Source: Macrostomum lignano (taxonomy: Eukaryota). From it: DNA of 64,000 nucleotides. The stretch lies in contig NIVC01003793.1 of NCBI GenBank assembly GCA_002269645.1, forward strand, positions 12,557 to 76,556, in the 5' to 3' direction. A program made the translations under genes and the position numbers. Shown here piece after piece: positions 25,601 to 39,400 of this stretch; within the stretch, counting starts at the first letter, position 1; every line of letters starts with the position of its first letter. The notes under the pieces were generated by a model. That model searched no databases and was not told the DNA's origin. It saw nothing but the letters and a program-made list of their open reading frames with translations.

Positions 25601-28600
25601 TCTTAGAATTTGAGTGTTCTTTCTTAGAATTTGAGTGTAATTTCTTAGAATTTGAGTGTTCTTTCTTAGAATTTGAGTGTTCTTTCTTAGAATCCAAAAG
25701 TTATTTCTTAGAATCCAAAAGTTCTTTCTTAGAATTTGAGTGTTCTTTCTTAGAATTTGAGTGTTCTTTCTTAGAATTTGAGTGTTCTTTCTTAGAATTT
25801 GAGTGTAATTTCTTAGAATTTGAGTGTTCTTTCTTAGAATTTGAGTGTACTTTCTTAGAATTTTAGTGTTCTTTCTTAGAATTTTAGTGTTCTTTCTTAG
25901 AATTTGAGTGTTCTTTCTTAGAATTTGAGTGTTCTTTCTTAGAATTTGAGTGTTCTTTCTTAGAATTTGAGTGTTCTTTCTTAGAATTTGAGTGTTCTTT
26001 CTTAGAATTTGAGTGTACTTTCTTAGAATTTGAGTGTTCTTTCTTAGAATCCAAAAGTTATTTCTTAGAATCCAAAAGTTCTTTCTTAGAATTTGAGTGT
26101 TCTTTCTTAGAATTTGAGTGTACTTTCTTAGAATTTGAGTGTTCTTTCTTAGAATTTGAGTGTAATTTCTTAGAATTTGAGTGTTCTTTCTTAGAATTTG
26201 AGTGTTCTTTCTTAGAATCCAAAAGTTATTTCTTAGAATCCAAAAGTTCTTTCTTAGAATTTGAGTGTTCTTTCTTAGAATTTGAGTGTTCTTTCTTAGA
26301 ATTTGAGTGTTCTTTCTTAGAATTTGAGTGTAATTTCTTAGAATTTGAGTGTTCTTTCTTAGAATTTGAGTGTACTTTCTTAGAATTTTAGTGTTCTTTC
26401 TTAGAATTTTAGTGTTCTTTCTTAGAATTTGAGTGTTCTTTCTTAGAATTTGAGTGTTCTTTCTTAGAATCCAAAAGTTCTTTCTTAGAATCCAAAAGTT
26501 CTTTCTTAGAATTTGAGTGTTCTTTCTTAGAATTTGAGTGTACTTTCTTAGAATTTGAGTGTTCTTTCTTAGAATTTGAGTGTTCTTTCTTAGAATTTGA
26601 GTGTTCTTTCTTAGAATTTGAGTGTTCTTTCTTAGAATTTGAGTGTTCTTTCTTAGAATTTGAGTGTTCTTTCTTAGAATTTGAGTGTTCTTTCTTAGAA
26701 TCCAAAAGTTATTTCTTAGAATTTAAGTGGTCTTGCTTAGAATTATAGTGTTCTTTCTTAGAATTAGTGTTCTTTCTTAAATTTGAGTGTTCTTTCTTAG
26801 AATCCAAAAGTTATTTCTTAGAATCCAAAAGTTTTTTCTTAGAATTTGAGTGTTCTTTCTTAGAATTTGAGTGTTCTTTCTTGGAATTAAAGTGTTCTTT
26901 CTTAGAATTTGAGTGTTCTTTCTTAGAATCCAAAAGTTTTTTCTTTGAATCCAAAAGTTCTTTCTTAGAATTAAAGTGTTCTTTCTTAGAATATAAGTGT
27001 AAGAGTATAAGTTCTTACAACCTATTTCTCATTTCTTGGAATTCACTTGTACTTTCTTAGAATCAAATTGTACTTTTTAGAATACATGTGCTCTTTCTTA
27101 GAATTTGAGCATTTTTTCATTTCCTGTTCCACTTGAACCTTCGAGATTGTACTAGCGTTGTACTAGCAAATGTCAATAGTTAGAAGTCAGGTCAATCCTC
27201 ATTACACAACAGAGCTTTCCCAAACACCAATCCACAGGCATCAGCCGGTCGTGCAGCCTAAAGATTAGCAATTGGCTCAAGTTCGCGCCCTACCCGGCTG
27301 GCGGCCTGGACGGCGCCGGCGGCGAGCACAGGCATCGAGCCGACTCGTCGAGTCGTAGACGCGACAGGCTCGCTAGAGTTATGGGCGTAGCCTACAGCAC
27401 AGATAGAGAGATTGCCGCCTACGCTTCGGTTATCAATTCAAACGGCGAAGTGCTGGATTTCTTGAGGCTGCCGTTCCTGCTGGCTAGTAAGAAATCGCAA
27501 CGAGAGGAGACGGCGAAGAATAAGGTATGAACTAGACAGACATTATGTATTTGTTTTTAGTATTCCGTGTTATTTAAATTGATTTTTTAAAACAACACAA
27601 TGTTCGTTATAGTCTACTGTTTTGGTCATCATGAAAGTAGTCAAGTAGCGAATTTTAAAGCTATAATTTAACAAAAGATTGATCTTTCTCTGCCAGGCTC
27701 GCGAGCTTCACCTCATCAAGAAGCTAATCGCCAAGCATCGCCCAGATGTTATCGCTGTTGGCACCGAGTCCAAAGAGGCCCTGACTATTCAGCAGGAGCT
27801 TCGCGAACTCGCCCAGGAACTCCTAGCCGAGGGCTTAGCAACTAACTCGAGCGTCCATCTGGTTGATAACGAGCCGGCCAGGGTGTTTGAGAAATCCCGG
27901 CGCGCCGAGAAAGAATTGCCAACTTATCCGGAAATTCTGCGGCAGAGTGTCTCGGTTGCTAGGCGACTGCAGGATCCCCTAGTGGAGCTGGCCGGCTTGG
28001 TTAATGCAGATGAGGATATCCTGTGCTTGAGGATGCATCCTATGCAGGTTGGTTGCTATAAAGCTTTGCTCTTATGCCCTCAGTTGCTGGGCCAGCCTCC
28101 CAGCTCCCCAGTTGCTGGGCCAGCCTCCCAGATCCTCAGTTGCTGGGCCAGCCTCCCAGCTCCCCAGTTGCTGGGCCAGCCTCCCAGCTCCCCAGTTGCT
28201 GGGCCAGCCTCCCAGATCCTCAGTTGCTGGGCCAGCCTCCCAGCTCCCCAGTTGCTGGGCCAGCCTCCCAGATCCTCAGTTGCTGGGCCAGCCTCCCAGC
28301 TCCCCAGTTGCTGGGCCAGCCTCCCAGATCCTCAGTTGCTGGGTCAGCCTCCCAGATCCTCAGTTGCTGGGTCAGCCCTAGATCCCCAGTTGCTGGTCCA
28401 GCCTCCCAGAGAGTGTCAGCTGCTGGGCCAGCCTCCCAGAGTGTCAGTTGCTGGGCCAGCCTCCCAGAGTGTCAGTTGCTGGGCCAGCCTCCCAGAGTGT
28501 CAGCTGCTGGGCCAGCCTCCCAGAGTGTCAGTTGCTGGGCCAGCCTCCCAGAGTGTCAGCTGCTGGGCCAGCCTCCCAGAGTTTCAGTTGCTGGGCCAGC

Positions 28601-31600
28601 CTCCCAGAGTTTCAGTTGCTGGGCCAGCCTCTCAGATCCTAGTTACTGGGCCATTGCCATCCCTTAGATCTCACTCACTCAAAATGACATCTACGATATA
28701 TTTTAGATTCTGAGATTCCCTTCGGTTGCGCCCACAAGATTTCCTATAATTACACCTTCTTAGATCCTCAGATCAGCTGAAATCCTCAATCCATTCAATC
28801 CCAGGACGCGGTGCCCCGCGACCAGCTGTTATCGGCCCTGACCCTGGAATTCGTCAACAAAGTAAACGAAATCGGTGTTGACGTGAACCGCTGTGTGGAC
28901 TTGCCAAACTACGCAGCACTGCTGCAATTCGTATGCGGACTGGGGCCTCGCAAAGCTGGCGATATTGTTAGCAAGCTGCGCTACTCCGGCCAGCGGCTGC
29001 ACAATCGGGTGCCGCAGATTATCGACCTACTGCGGATGGGTCCCGTTGTGTTCATCAACTGCGCCGGTTTCGTACGCATCGACACTGAGGCGGTTGAGAA
29101 CGAAGCGCCGCACGCTCAGACAGACATACTCGACGCTACCCGAGTGCATCCGGAGTCCTACGAGCTGGCTAGGAAGATCGCTATGGATGCCGTTGATGCC
29201 GACGATGCTGTTGACGACGAGGAGGCCGCCAAATCTGCTCTGCTGGAAGTGATGGAGCATCCGGACAGGCTGAAGGAGCTGGATATTGATGCGTTTGCCG
29301 AGGAGCTGAAGCGACAGGTTGGAAACTTGTTTTCTGGTTGGACTTTCGGGGTCATCTGGTTCAGGGTTTGGGTCAGCTGGTTCAGGGTTCGGGTCATCTG
29401 GTTCAGGGTTTGGGTCATCTGGTTCAGGGTTTGGGTCATCTGGTTCAGGGTTTGGGTCATCTGGTTCAGTATTTGGATCAGCTGATTCAGAATTTGGGTC
29501 AGCTTGTTCAGGTTTTGGGTCAGCTGATTCAGGATTTGGGTCAGCTGGTTCAGAATTTGGGTCAGCTTGTTCAGGTTTTGGGTCAGCTGATTCAGGATTT
29601 GGGTCAGCTGGTTTAGGATTTGGGTCAGCTGATTCAGAATTTGGGTCAGCTTGTTCAGGTTTTGGGTCAGCTGGTTTAGCGTTTTGGTCTGCTGGTTAAA
29701 TGCTTAGGCAAGGATTCGGGTCATCTGTGCACAAATCAAGGTCAACTACTTCTCGCCCACCGCAGGAGTACGGCGAGAAGCACATTACCCTGTACGACAT
29801 TCGCAACGAGCTGTGCCAACCCTACAAAGATCTTCGAATTGAATATTCTCCGCCAAATTCCGAGGAGCGTTTCAACCTGGTCACCAGGGAGACTCCAGAC
29901 ACGTTCTACATCGGCAAGCTGGTAGACTGCACCGTGATGGGGTTCGCGCGCAGGCGGCCGAAACCGGACCAACTGGAGAATGCCAACCCTATTCGCAATG
30001 AGGAGACGGGCAATTGGGTCTGCCCATTCTGCGGCCTGTCCAATTTTGTGGAAGTCAACCAAGTCTGGTCGCATTTCGATGGTCAGTCGTGTGAGGGCGA
30101 ACCAGTAGGAGTTCGAGTGCAGCTCGACAATGGATTGTCTGGATTCATTGGCACCAGGAATCTATCGGATAAGACGGTTGTTAATCCTACCGAGCGAGTG
30201 GCCGTGGGCCAGCAACTGCACGCCAGGATTATGAAGATTGATATTGAAAATTTTCGAGTAGATTTAACTAGTAGAAGCTCGGATCTGAAGGATACGGCGT
30301 TTAAGTGGAAACCGCCTAGGGACGCTTGCTTTGATGAAGATGCTGAGGCTGTCGACCTGCAGGTGAGTTGCGGGCACTGAAACCCGTGGAAATGTCCTTC
30401 CAGATAGTTATTCCAAAATACCCCAATAAATTTCTCGAATATACCAATAAGCTCGTGGACTTGTTTAAAATACCCAATTAGATTCCTTTAAAATACCCCA
30501 TCAGCTTCCTTTATAATACCCAATTAGATTCCTATAAAAGACCCCATCAGATTCCTTTAAAATACTTCATTAGATTCCTTTAAAATACCCCATTAGATTC
30601 CTTTCAAATGCTCCATCAGATTCCTTTAAAATACCTTTTTAGCCTCCTATAAAATACCTCATTAGATTCCTTTAAAATACCCCATTAGATTCCTTTCAAA
30701 TGCTCCATCAGATTCCTTTGAAATACCTTTTTAGCCTCCTATAAAATACCTCATTAGATTCCTTTAAAATACCCCATTAGATTCCTTTCAAATGCTCCAT
30801 CAGATTCCTTTGAAATACCTTTTTAGCCTCCTATAAAATACCTCATTAGATTCCTTTAAAATACCCCATTAGATTCCTTTAAAATACCTCATTAGATTCC
30901 TTTAAAATACCCATTAGATTCCTTTAAAATACCCATTAGATTCCTTTAAAATACCCATTAGATTCATTTAAAATACGCTATTAGATTCCTTTAAAATACC
31001 CATTAGATTCCTTTAAAATACCCCATTAGATTCCTTAAAAATATTCCATTAGATTCCTTTAAAATACCTCATTACATTCCTTTAAAATACCCATTAGAAT
31101 CCTTTAAAATACCCCATTAGATTCTTTTAAAATATTCCATTAGATTCCTTTAAAATACCTCATTACATTCCTTTAAAATACCCATTAGAATCCTTTAAAA
31201 TACCCCATTAGATTCTTTTAAAATACCCAATTAGATTCCTATAAAAGACCATCAGATTCCTTTAAAATACTTATATTATATACTATATTAAAGACATTTA
31301 ATACTATATTTAAAATACTATATTAAAGAATCCTCTATAGTACACTATTCGATCACTGTAAGTATGTTGGCAATAACCTTGCAAAGTTAAGCACAATTGG
31401 CTGCGGTTAGTACACAGGTTCTACAATACCATCTCAATTTAGCTTCACAATAATCCTACAAAATATTTTCAGTCCGAGGAGGACAAGCGCAAGGAGACCA
31501 GGCCAACCTACGTGAAACGGGTGATCGATCATCCGAATTTTCACAACGTCACGTATCGCGACTGCGCCAAACTGATGCACAGCTTGGACCTTGGCGATGC

Positions 31601-32910
31601 CGTGTTCCGGCCCAGTTCTAAAGGCACCGATCGGCTGACGCTGACCTGGAAGATTGAAGACGGCATTATTCAACACGTTGAAGTGCAAGAACGAAATAAG
31701 CAGAACGATTTCTCTTTGGGCAAGACGCTCCTTATTGAGGTTGGTGCTTCATTTAAAATGAACTGTGACTGTTGGGTCACTGTTGAGTCACTAGCGCATC
31801 ATGAGTTGCAGAATCGTAAAATAGTCTCGGAAAGAGTTGTCCAGATTGACGCAGATTCGCTTTAGACGCAACTCAGTGATTCTAAGAGTCTAGAGTCACT
31901 TCTTTTCTATTTTACCTGTGCTACCTGCCACGACTCTGAAACTACTATGGGACGCTTCTTGGCTTCTACCTCTTTACCTACCCCTTTACCTACCTCTCTA
32001 CCTACCCCTTTACCTACATCTCTACCTACCCCTTTACCTACCTCTCTACCTATCCCTTTACCTACATCTCTACCTACCCCTTTACCTACCTCTCTACCTA
32101 CCCCTTTACCTACCTCTTTACCTATCCCTTTACCTACATCTCTACCTACCCCTTTACCTACCTCTCTACCTATCCCTTTACCTACCTCTCTACCTACCCC
32201 TTTACCTACCTCTCTACCTACCCCTTTACCTACCTCTCTACCTACCCCTTTACCTACCTCTTTACCTATCCCTTTACCTACATCTCTACCTACCCCTTTA
32301 CCTACCTCTCTACCTATCCCTTTACCTACATCTCTACCTACCCCTTTACCTACCTCTCTACCTACCCCTTTACCTACCTCTCTACCTACCCCTTTACCTA
32401 CCTCTTTACCTATCCCTTTACCTACCCATTTATCTACCCCTTTACCTTCCTATTTACCCACCCCTTTACCTACTACAGGGCGAAGAATTCGAAGATCTAG
32501 ACGAAATAATCGCCCGCTATGTGCAGCCAATGGCGGCCTACATTCGCGACATCAGCATGCACAAGTATTACGTCAGGCCGGCGCCTGGCGCCTCCGGCGT
32601 CGCAGCTATCGACGACAGTTTGCGCCAAGCTAAACAGGCCAGGCCAACTACCATTCCCTACAGTCTGTCGGCTGTGACCAATATGCCTGGCAAATTTCTA
32701 TTGGCCTACCTGCCTAGGAGTAATGTACACCGCGAGTACATCACTGTGCGGCCTGGCGGGCTGCGCTATAGGGGCAGGCAGTTTGCCAGCTTGAATCAGT
32801 TGTTAGCCTGGTTTAAGCAGCACTATAGAGAGCCGCCGCCTAGCGCTGCTAATGCGCCCGGTTCGGCCCTGATGACCCCGGCTGGCTCTGTGATTTCGGC
32901 TAGAATGTGA
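16694..32910 (+). CDS. SUPT6H: Transcription elongation factor / histone chaperone SPT6, 12 coding exons, 1696 aa as modelled
   Basis: Exons 16694-17573, 19310-19893, 21775-22128, 22996-23192, 23675-23885, 24720-25137, 27238-27524, 27697-28047, 28805-29317, 29766-30362, 31473-31739 and 32479-32910. All introns are GT-AG with matching phases, and the total of 5091 nt is divisible by 3. Hallmarks: acidic N-terminus, [54 protein letters not shown]1 region (WVCPFC...LDNGLSGFI) and tandem SH2 (KRVIDHPNF...[16 protein letters not shown]). AATAAA follows at ~32928. Confidence 0.96.
17590..19200. repeat. (GACA)-rich complex minisatellite in SPT6 intron 1
   Basis: Mixed cactgagacagacaga / cactgggacagaca / ccgatacagaca units filling intron 17574-19309. 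Confidence 0.95.
20013..21670. repeat. 33-bp minisatellite in SPT6 intron 2 (~50 nearly identical units)
   Basis: Unit gagcgattccctatgacccattcttatctatct. It is the source of the 594-aa [11 protein letters not shown] pseudo-ORF. Confidence 0.97.
22186..22926. repeat. 21-bp minisatellite in SPT6 intron 3
   Basis: Unit aggatctgaatctcatagct(t/c). Confidence 0.95.
23245..23560. repeat. 25-bp minisatellite in SPT6 intron 4
   Basis: Unit aataatcgctctgtacatacattta. Confidence 0.92.
23905..24700. repeat. 32-bp minisatellite in SPT6 intron 5
   Basis: Unit gtgttctgagttggtgtctaacgcattctata. Confidence 0.93.
25195..27000. repeat. 21-bp minisatellite in SPT6 intron 6
   Basis: Unit ttctttcttagaatttgagtg with interspersed ccaaaag variants. 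Confidence 0.96.
28077..28640. repeat. 28-bp minisatellite in SPT6 intron 8
   Basis: Unit cagttgctgggccagcctcccag(ctccc/atcct/agtgt). Confidence 0.94.
29348..29690. repeat. 21-bp minisatellite in SPT6 intron 9
   Basis: Unit gggtcatctggttcagggttt and variants. Confidence 0.93.
30465..31270. repeat. ~22-23-bp minisatellite in SPT6 intron 10
   Basis: Unit cattagattcctttaaaatacc(c). Confidence 0.92.
31965..32475. repeat. 12-bp minisatellite in SPT6 intron 11
   Basis: Alternating tttacctacccc / tctacctacctc units running up to the 3' splice site (tactacag, 32478). Confidence 0.94.
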
Positions 32911-33194
32911 CACCTGTTTAATTCATTAATAAACTCAACTAAATTGTACTTTGTTTAGCGTTCATCAATCTGAGGATTTATTTGTTGCTGCCTGTGTGTG
33001 TTTTTTAATTTGTTTTTATAGTCGTAGTTTGGTTGTACTTTTGTTGCCCTTTTTTATACAGAAGCTTTGGGAGCATTGAATCAAACAATTCACCTTTATT
33101 GTTTGTAACAAGGTTCCGACCTTGAAATCATCTAGGGTCCTTGGGTCATTCAAGGTCAAGTAAAGTGGGAGATTTAGTGTATGATTTGAGAGTG

Positions 33195-34125
33195 GGGTCA
33201 TCAAGTGGGGTCATTCAAGGTCAAGTCAAGTGCCAGGTCTAGGTGTATGCTTTGAGAACGGGGTCATTCAAGGACAAGTCAAGTGGCAGGTCTAGGTGTA
33301 TGATTTGAGAACGGGGTCATTCAAGGACAAGTCAAGTGGCAGGTCTAGGTGTATGATTTGAGAACGGGGTCATTCAAGGACAAGTCAAGTGGCAGGTCTA
33401 GGTGTATGATTTAAGAACGGGGTCATTCAAGGTCAAGTCAAGTGGCAGGTCTAGGTGTGATTTGAGAACGGGGTCATTCAAGGACAAGTCAAGTGGCAGG
33501 TCTAGGTGTATGATTTGAGAACGGGGTCATTCAAGGACAAGTCAAGTGGCAGGTCTAGGTGTATGATTTGAGAACGGGGTCATTCAAGGACAAGTCAAGT
33601 GGCAGGTCTAGGTGTATGATTTGAGAACGGGGTCATTCAAGGACAAGTCAAGTGGCAGGTCTAGGTGTATGATTTGAGAACGGGGTCATTCAAGGACAAG
33701 TCAAGTGGCAGGTCTAGGTGTATGATTTGAGAACGGGGTCATTCAAGGACAAGTCAAGTGGCAGGTCTAGGTGTATGATTTGAGAACGGGGTCATTCAAG
33801 GACAAGTCAAGTGGCAGGTCTAGGTGTATGATTTAAGAACGGGGTCATTCAAGGTCAAGTCAAGTGGCAGGTCTAGGTGTATGATTTGAGAACGGGGTCA
33901 TTCAAGGACAAGTCAAGTGGCAGGTCTAGGTGTATGATTTGAGAACGGGGTCATTCAAGGACAAGTCAAGTGGCAGGTCTAGGTGTATGATTTGAGAACG
34001 GGGTCATTCAAGGACAAGTCAAGTGGCAGGTCTAGGTGTATGATTTGAGAACGGGGTCATTCAAGGACAAGTCAAGTGGCAGGTCTAGGTGTATGATTTG
34101 AGAACGGGGTCATTCAAGGTCAAGT
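33195..34125. repeat. 53-bp intergenic minisatellite
   Basis: Unit ggggtcattcaaggacaagtcaagtggcaggtctaggtgtatgatttgagaac, with period 53 (e.g. 33260, 33313). Confidence 0.96.
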
Positions 34126-34824
34126 CTAAATCGAAATTTTCCGAATGCAAAAATTTCCAATCCCAAATGTCAATGGGTCATTTAAGGTCAAATGACTTTT
34201 TATTTTAACCACGTTGCCTGCCTTAACTCTTCAAATAAAATTACAAAAAAATCAATAAACCTCGCTGCGTCCTTATTGGTGGGCAAAGTGTAACATTTTC
34301 GTTATCATAGTGTAATATTTGTACTTTTCTCTTCCTAATTAATAAATTTGGCCAGCATTTGCGCTCAGTCAATTCTACTAGAATCCTTATTACTATAAGC
34401 ATGAAAAATTCAATACGAAAGCAAAACTTGAGCTCTGTTAAAGCAAGTTCCCTATTAAAGTGCATTACAACAGTACAACAACACTGAAAGTAATTATAAA
34501 TTTGTGTAATTTTGTATGCCTTGCGTCATTCTTTCTCGATTTTGGTGTTCTGTACAAAAAAACTCGATAAAATAAAAACACAAGTTTTCTGCTGCTATTC
34601 TAATTACTATTATTCCAATTAAGGAATTTTGAGTAGTCGGTGGTTCTCATTTTTTATGCTATCAGTGTACGAGCATAAGTTTATTCGGTCAACTATTATA
34701 TTTAATAAATCCGTTTATCACATGCTTCTACTTCTACTTGGCTTTCAGTTATCAGTAGCAAGTTTCGAACATTTCAAGTATATTTTGGACGGTTCATCCT
34801 TACATCATCTTCAGGTTCATCTCT

Positions 34825-35750
34825 ATGCTGTGGTGTGCGGCTGATGCTATGGTGTGGGGCTGATGCTATGGTGTGGGGCTGATGCTATGGTGTGGGGCTG
34901 ATGCTATGGTGTGGGGCTGATGCTGTGGTGCGGGACTACTATGGTGCGGGACTACTATGGTGCGGGACTACTATAGTGTGGGACTGCTGTGGTGTGGGAC
35001 TTCTGTGATGTGGGACTGCTTCTGTTGTGCGGGACTGCTTCTGTGGTGCGGGACTGCTTCTGTGGTGCGGGACTGCTTCTGTGGTGCGGGACTGCTGTGG
35101 TGCGGGACTGCTGTGGTGCGGGACTGCTTCTGTGGTGCGGGACTGCTTCTATGGTGCGGGACTGCTTCTGTGGTGCGGGACTGCTTCTGTTGTGCGGGAC
35201 TGCTTCTATGGTGCGGGACTGCTGTGGTGCGGGACTGCTGTGGTGCGGGACTGCTTCTGTGGTGCGGGACTGCTTCTGTGGTGCGGGACTGCTTCTGTGG
35301 TGCGGGACTGCTTCTGTGGTGCGGGACTGCTGTGGTGCGGGACTTCTGTGGTGCGGGACTGCTTCTGTGGTGCGGGACCTCTGTTGTGCGGGACTGCTGT
35401 GGTGCGGGACTGCTGTGGTGCGGGACTTCTATGGTGCGGGACCTCTGTTGTGCGGGACTGCTGTGGTGCGGGACCTCTGTTGTGCGGGACTGCTGTGGTG
35501 CGGGACTGCTGTGGTGCGGGACTTCTGTGGTGCGGGACTGCTGTGGTGCGGGACTGCTGTGGTGCGGGACTGCTGTGGTGCGGGACTGCTAACCTGTGGT
35601 GCGGGACTGCTTCTGTGGTGTGGGACTGCTTCTGTGGTGCGGGACTGCTGTGGTGCGGGACTGCTTCTATGGTGCGGGACTGCTGTGGTGCGGGACTGCT
35701 TCTGTGGTGCGGGACTGCTGTGGTGCGGGACTGCTAACCTGTGGTGGGGG
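34825..35750. repeat. 16/19-bp GC-rich minisatellite (TGTGGTGCGGGACTGC[TTC])n
   Basis: Direct periodicity. It produces Cys-rich pseudo-ORFs in all three plus frames. Confidence 0.95.
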
Positions 35751-36453
35751 TAGGCATATGTCTGATGCGGATATCTCTACTTATAAAAATCAAAATAATA
35801 TATAAAGTAGATGTGACACTTCCAATAAAAGTTCAAGTGGAACTTTTCAAAGTTCGGTTTGTTTAAGCGGTTTTGTGCGCTGCGGGGGGTGGGGTGGGCG
35901 GCAGCCGTCACGATTACGTCTCGCACCACCTCGAACTCGTCTTGCTGGCTTCCTTTACCTTGTCCCTCAGTCTTATCTTGTCTTACTCATTTGTGTCTAT
36001 TGTTGCTTTGAAAGGTTAGGCGGTAGAAGCAGCCAATTAGAAATGGACCTGCCCAGCCAGTTCAAGTCGAATCAAGGACACCCTAAACCTGTATTTGGAT
36101 TGGAATACTTTCGTGTTTTTCAGTTTTTGTTTTACTTTACTAGATTTATTATAACGGTAAACTTTGTTAGGTTTTAGAAGTGTTATTTTAAGTACGAGCA
36201 TTTTTATAAATTTCTGAACTTGGAATTCAAAATAGGCCTTTCGTGTAGTTGTAGGTATTGTTGGCCATTCCAGAGTTCTAGAGTTTTTTATGGGTCTCCA
36301 TGGTCGACCACACCCCCTTTAAATGCCCGTACTAGTTTTGCTGTCTGCTTTTCTCTCCTTAAGAGCCAAAGCCTCAGGCCACGCCTCCAATTTCATATAT
36401 CATTCAATCGTACCTAATTTTTTATTCTCAGCCAAGCCGGCCAACCAGCAGTC

Positions 36454-39400
36454 ATGCGTTCAAGCATTAGAAACATACTATCGTTAAATACGACAAAATT
36501 ATCTATTCGGCGTTGCTTAGCAACAACTGACGCCTCAGCCGCGTCGTCTAGTTCGAGTTGTTCAACGTCTTCGCCAAGTGCTGTCGCTGCTGGAAGCTTC
36601 CGTTTCGCTGATCTGTCAATCGAGCGAACCGAACAGCCCAAGCCGAAGCCGCCCAATGACAGTCTGGTGTTTGGCAGCCAGTTCTCCGATCACATGCTGT
36701 TGGCCAGGCATTCCAAGTCTGCCGCTGGTTGGATGGCGCCTCGCATTCAACCCTTGCAGAGTCTGCCGTTGCATCCGGCGTCCAAGTGCTTGCACTACGC
36801 TTTGGAGTGCTTCGAAGGATTGAAGGTTATAAATTTGTGGCTGGGATGCTCAGTTTGATTGTATCAACTTGTAATGGGATTTTGATGTTGTAGGGATGAG
36901 ATTCTGATGCTGTAGGGGTGAGATTTTGATGCTGTAGAGGTGAGATTCTGATGCTGTAGGGGTGAGATTTTGATGCTGTATGGGTGAGTTTTGATGCTGT
37001 AGGGGTGAGACTTTGATGCTGTATGGGTGAGACTTTGATTCTGTATGGGTAAGATTTTGATGCTGTATGGGTGAGATTCTGATGCTGTAGGAGTGAGATT
37101 TTGATGCTATAGAAGTGAGATTCTAATGATGTAAGGGTGAGATTTTGACACTGTAGGGATTAGATTCTGATACTGTAGGGGTGAGCTTTTAATGTTTTAG
37201 GGGTGAGATTTTAATGCTGTATGGGTGCAATTCTGATGCTGTAGGGATGAGATTCTGATGCTGTAGGGATGAGATTTTTGATGCGGTAGGTGAGATTCGA
37301 TGCTTTAGGGGTGAGATTCGATGCTGTAGGGGTGAGATTCGATGCTGTTGGGGTGAGATTCGATGCTGTAGGGGTGAGATTTAGATACTGTAGGGATGAG
37401 ATTCGGATGATGTAAGAGTGGTTTTAATGCTCTAGGAGAAGATTTTGAGACACTGTATGGGATAAGATTTTGGTGATGGGCGAAGTTCCAACCCCAACCC
37501 CACAGGCTTTCCGTGGCGTTGACGGCCGGGTCCGCCTGTTCCGCCCCATGGAGAACTGCAAGCGGATGCTGCGCAGCGCCGAACGCTCAACCCTGGCCTC
37601 GTTCGACCCCGCCGAGCTGCACCGATGTCTGCGCGAGCTGATTCGGCTGGACGCCGACTGGGTGCCGGATTCGCGCGACTGCTCGCTGTACATCCGGCCT
37701 ACCATGATCGCCGCCGAGCCGCGCATCTCCGTCGGGCCCGCCGAGGAGACCCTGCTGTGAGCCGCTCGTGTGTCCTGCTGCCCGCACGAACTCATTTATG
37801 AACTCACTCATGAACTCATTTATGAACTCATTCATGAACTTATTTATGAACTCACTCATGAACTCATTTATGAACTCATTCATGAACTCATTTATGAACT
37901 CACTCATGAACTCATTTATGAACTCACTCATGAACTCATTTATGAACTCATTCATGAACTTATTTATGAACTCACTCATGAACTCATTTATGAATTCATT
38001 CATGAACTCATTTATGAACTCACTCATGAACTCATTTATGAACTCACTCATGAACTCATTCATGAACTCATTCATGAACTTATTTATGAACTCACTCATG
38101 AACTCATTCATGAACTCATTCATGAACTCATTTATGAACTCACTCATGAACTCATTTATGAACTCATTCATGAACTCATTTATGAACTCACTCATGAACT
38201 CATTTATGAACTCACTCATGAACTCATTTATGAACTCACTCATGAACTCATTAATGAACTCACTCATGAACTCATTCATGAACTCATTCATGAACTTATT
38301 TATGAACTCACTCATGAACTCATTTATGAACTCACTCATGAACTCATTCATGAACTCATTCATGAACTTATTTATGAACTCATTCATGAACTTATTTATG
38401 AACTCTCTCATGAACTCATTTATGAACTCATTCATGAACTCATTCATTAACTCATTTATAAATTCACTCATGAACTCACTTATGAACTCATTTGTGAACT
38501 CACTCATAAACTCACGTATAAACTCAACTCATGAACTCACTCGACTGATTGCTTAATCACCCACGCAACCGTCACGGTTTCCTCCTGCGCTTTATTACTC
38601 AGTTTCTTTCGCAGAATCTTTCGCTAACCATTGGTTATAGTTCAACTCCTAAGATGATAAATTCTATTACTATTATGTTACCTCCCGCCACGAAAAATTC
38701 ACTTACAGGTACGTGATCACGGGGCCGGTGGGGCCCTATTATCCAACCGGGTTCAAGCCCGTAACGCTGCTAGCCGATCCAACTTATTGCCGAGCTTGGC
38801 CGGGTAAATTTTATGACTAACTGATTCTAATGCTTTTATACTACTTGTTGATTGCAGCTAGGAATATGAATAAAGTGTCTTATCTTTTAGCGTGTTGTAA
38901 TATGCGTTTTAGTTGGTTTTGCAGCTGCCTGTTAACAGTAGGTGGTACACTTGAATGTTAGAACTCACTGGCTGTTTAATACGGGTTTTATTGTGTTACA
39001 GAACTTACAGCACAGTATGTTTAATGTTGGGTCTCACAGGTGTTATGTGTTATAGCTGGTGTTACACATGTCATTATTTACATGAGTTCATGTTACAGGT
39101 GTTGTTATTGGTGTTACAGGTGTTCTGAATAGTGTTACATGTGTTATAAACGGTGTTACAGGTGTTATGAATAGTGTTACATGTGTTACAAATGGTGTTA
39201 AAGGTGTTATGTTGGTGTTATGATTAGTGTTACAGGTGTTTGAGCATTAGGATAAACCTCTCCCTAACCTGCCCCTATTCTCCTCACCCAACCACCAGGC
39301 GGCGTTGGCAACAACAAAATGGGCGCGAACTACGGACCTACCTGCTACGTACAGTTGCAGGCCGCCGCCCAGGGCTGCCAACAGGTGCTGTGGCTATACG

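Noticed and set aside
27679-28713. Read-through of SPT6 exon 8 into a Pro/Gln-rich extension; likewise ORF 31918-32910 upstream of exon 12
   Set aside because: The extensions are intronic minisatellites bounded by canonical splice sites, and SPT6 homology resumes exactly at the next exon.
33195-34125. CRISPR-like regular repeat arrays (also 20013-21670)
   Set aside because: Units are contiguous with no unique spacers, there are no cas genes, and the context is eukaryotic.
34957-35805. Cys-rich metallothionein/keratin-associated-like ORFs
   Set aside because: All three frames give the same kind of pattern because of a 16/19-bp tandem repeat, and there is no unique coding context.
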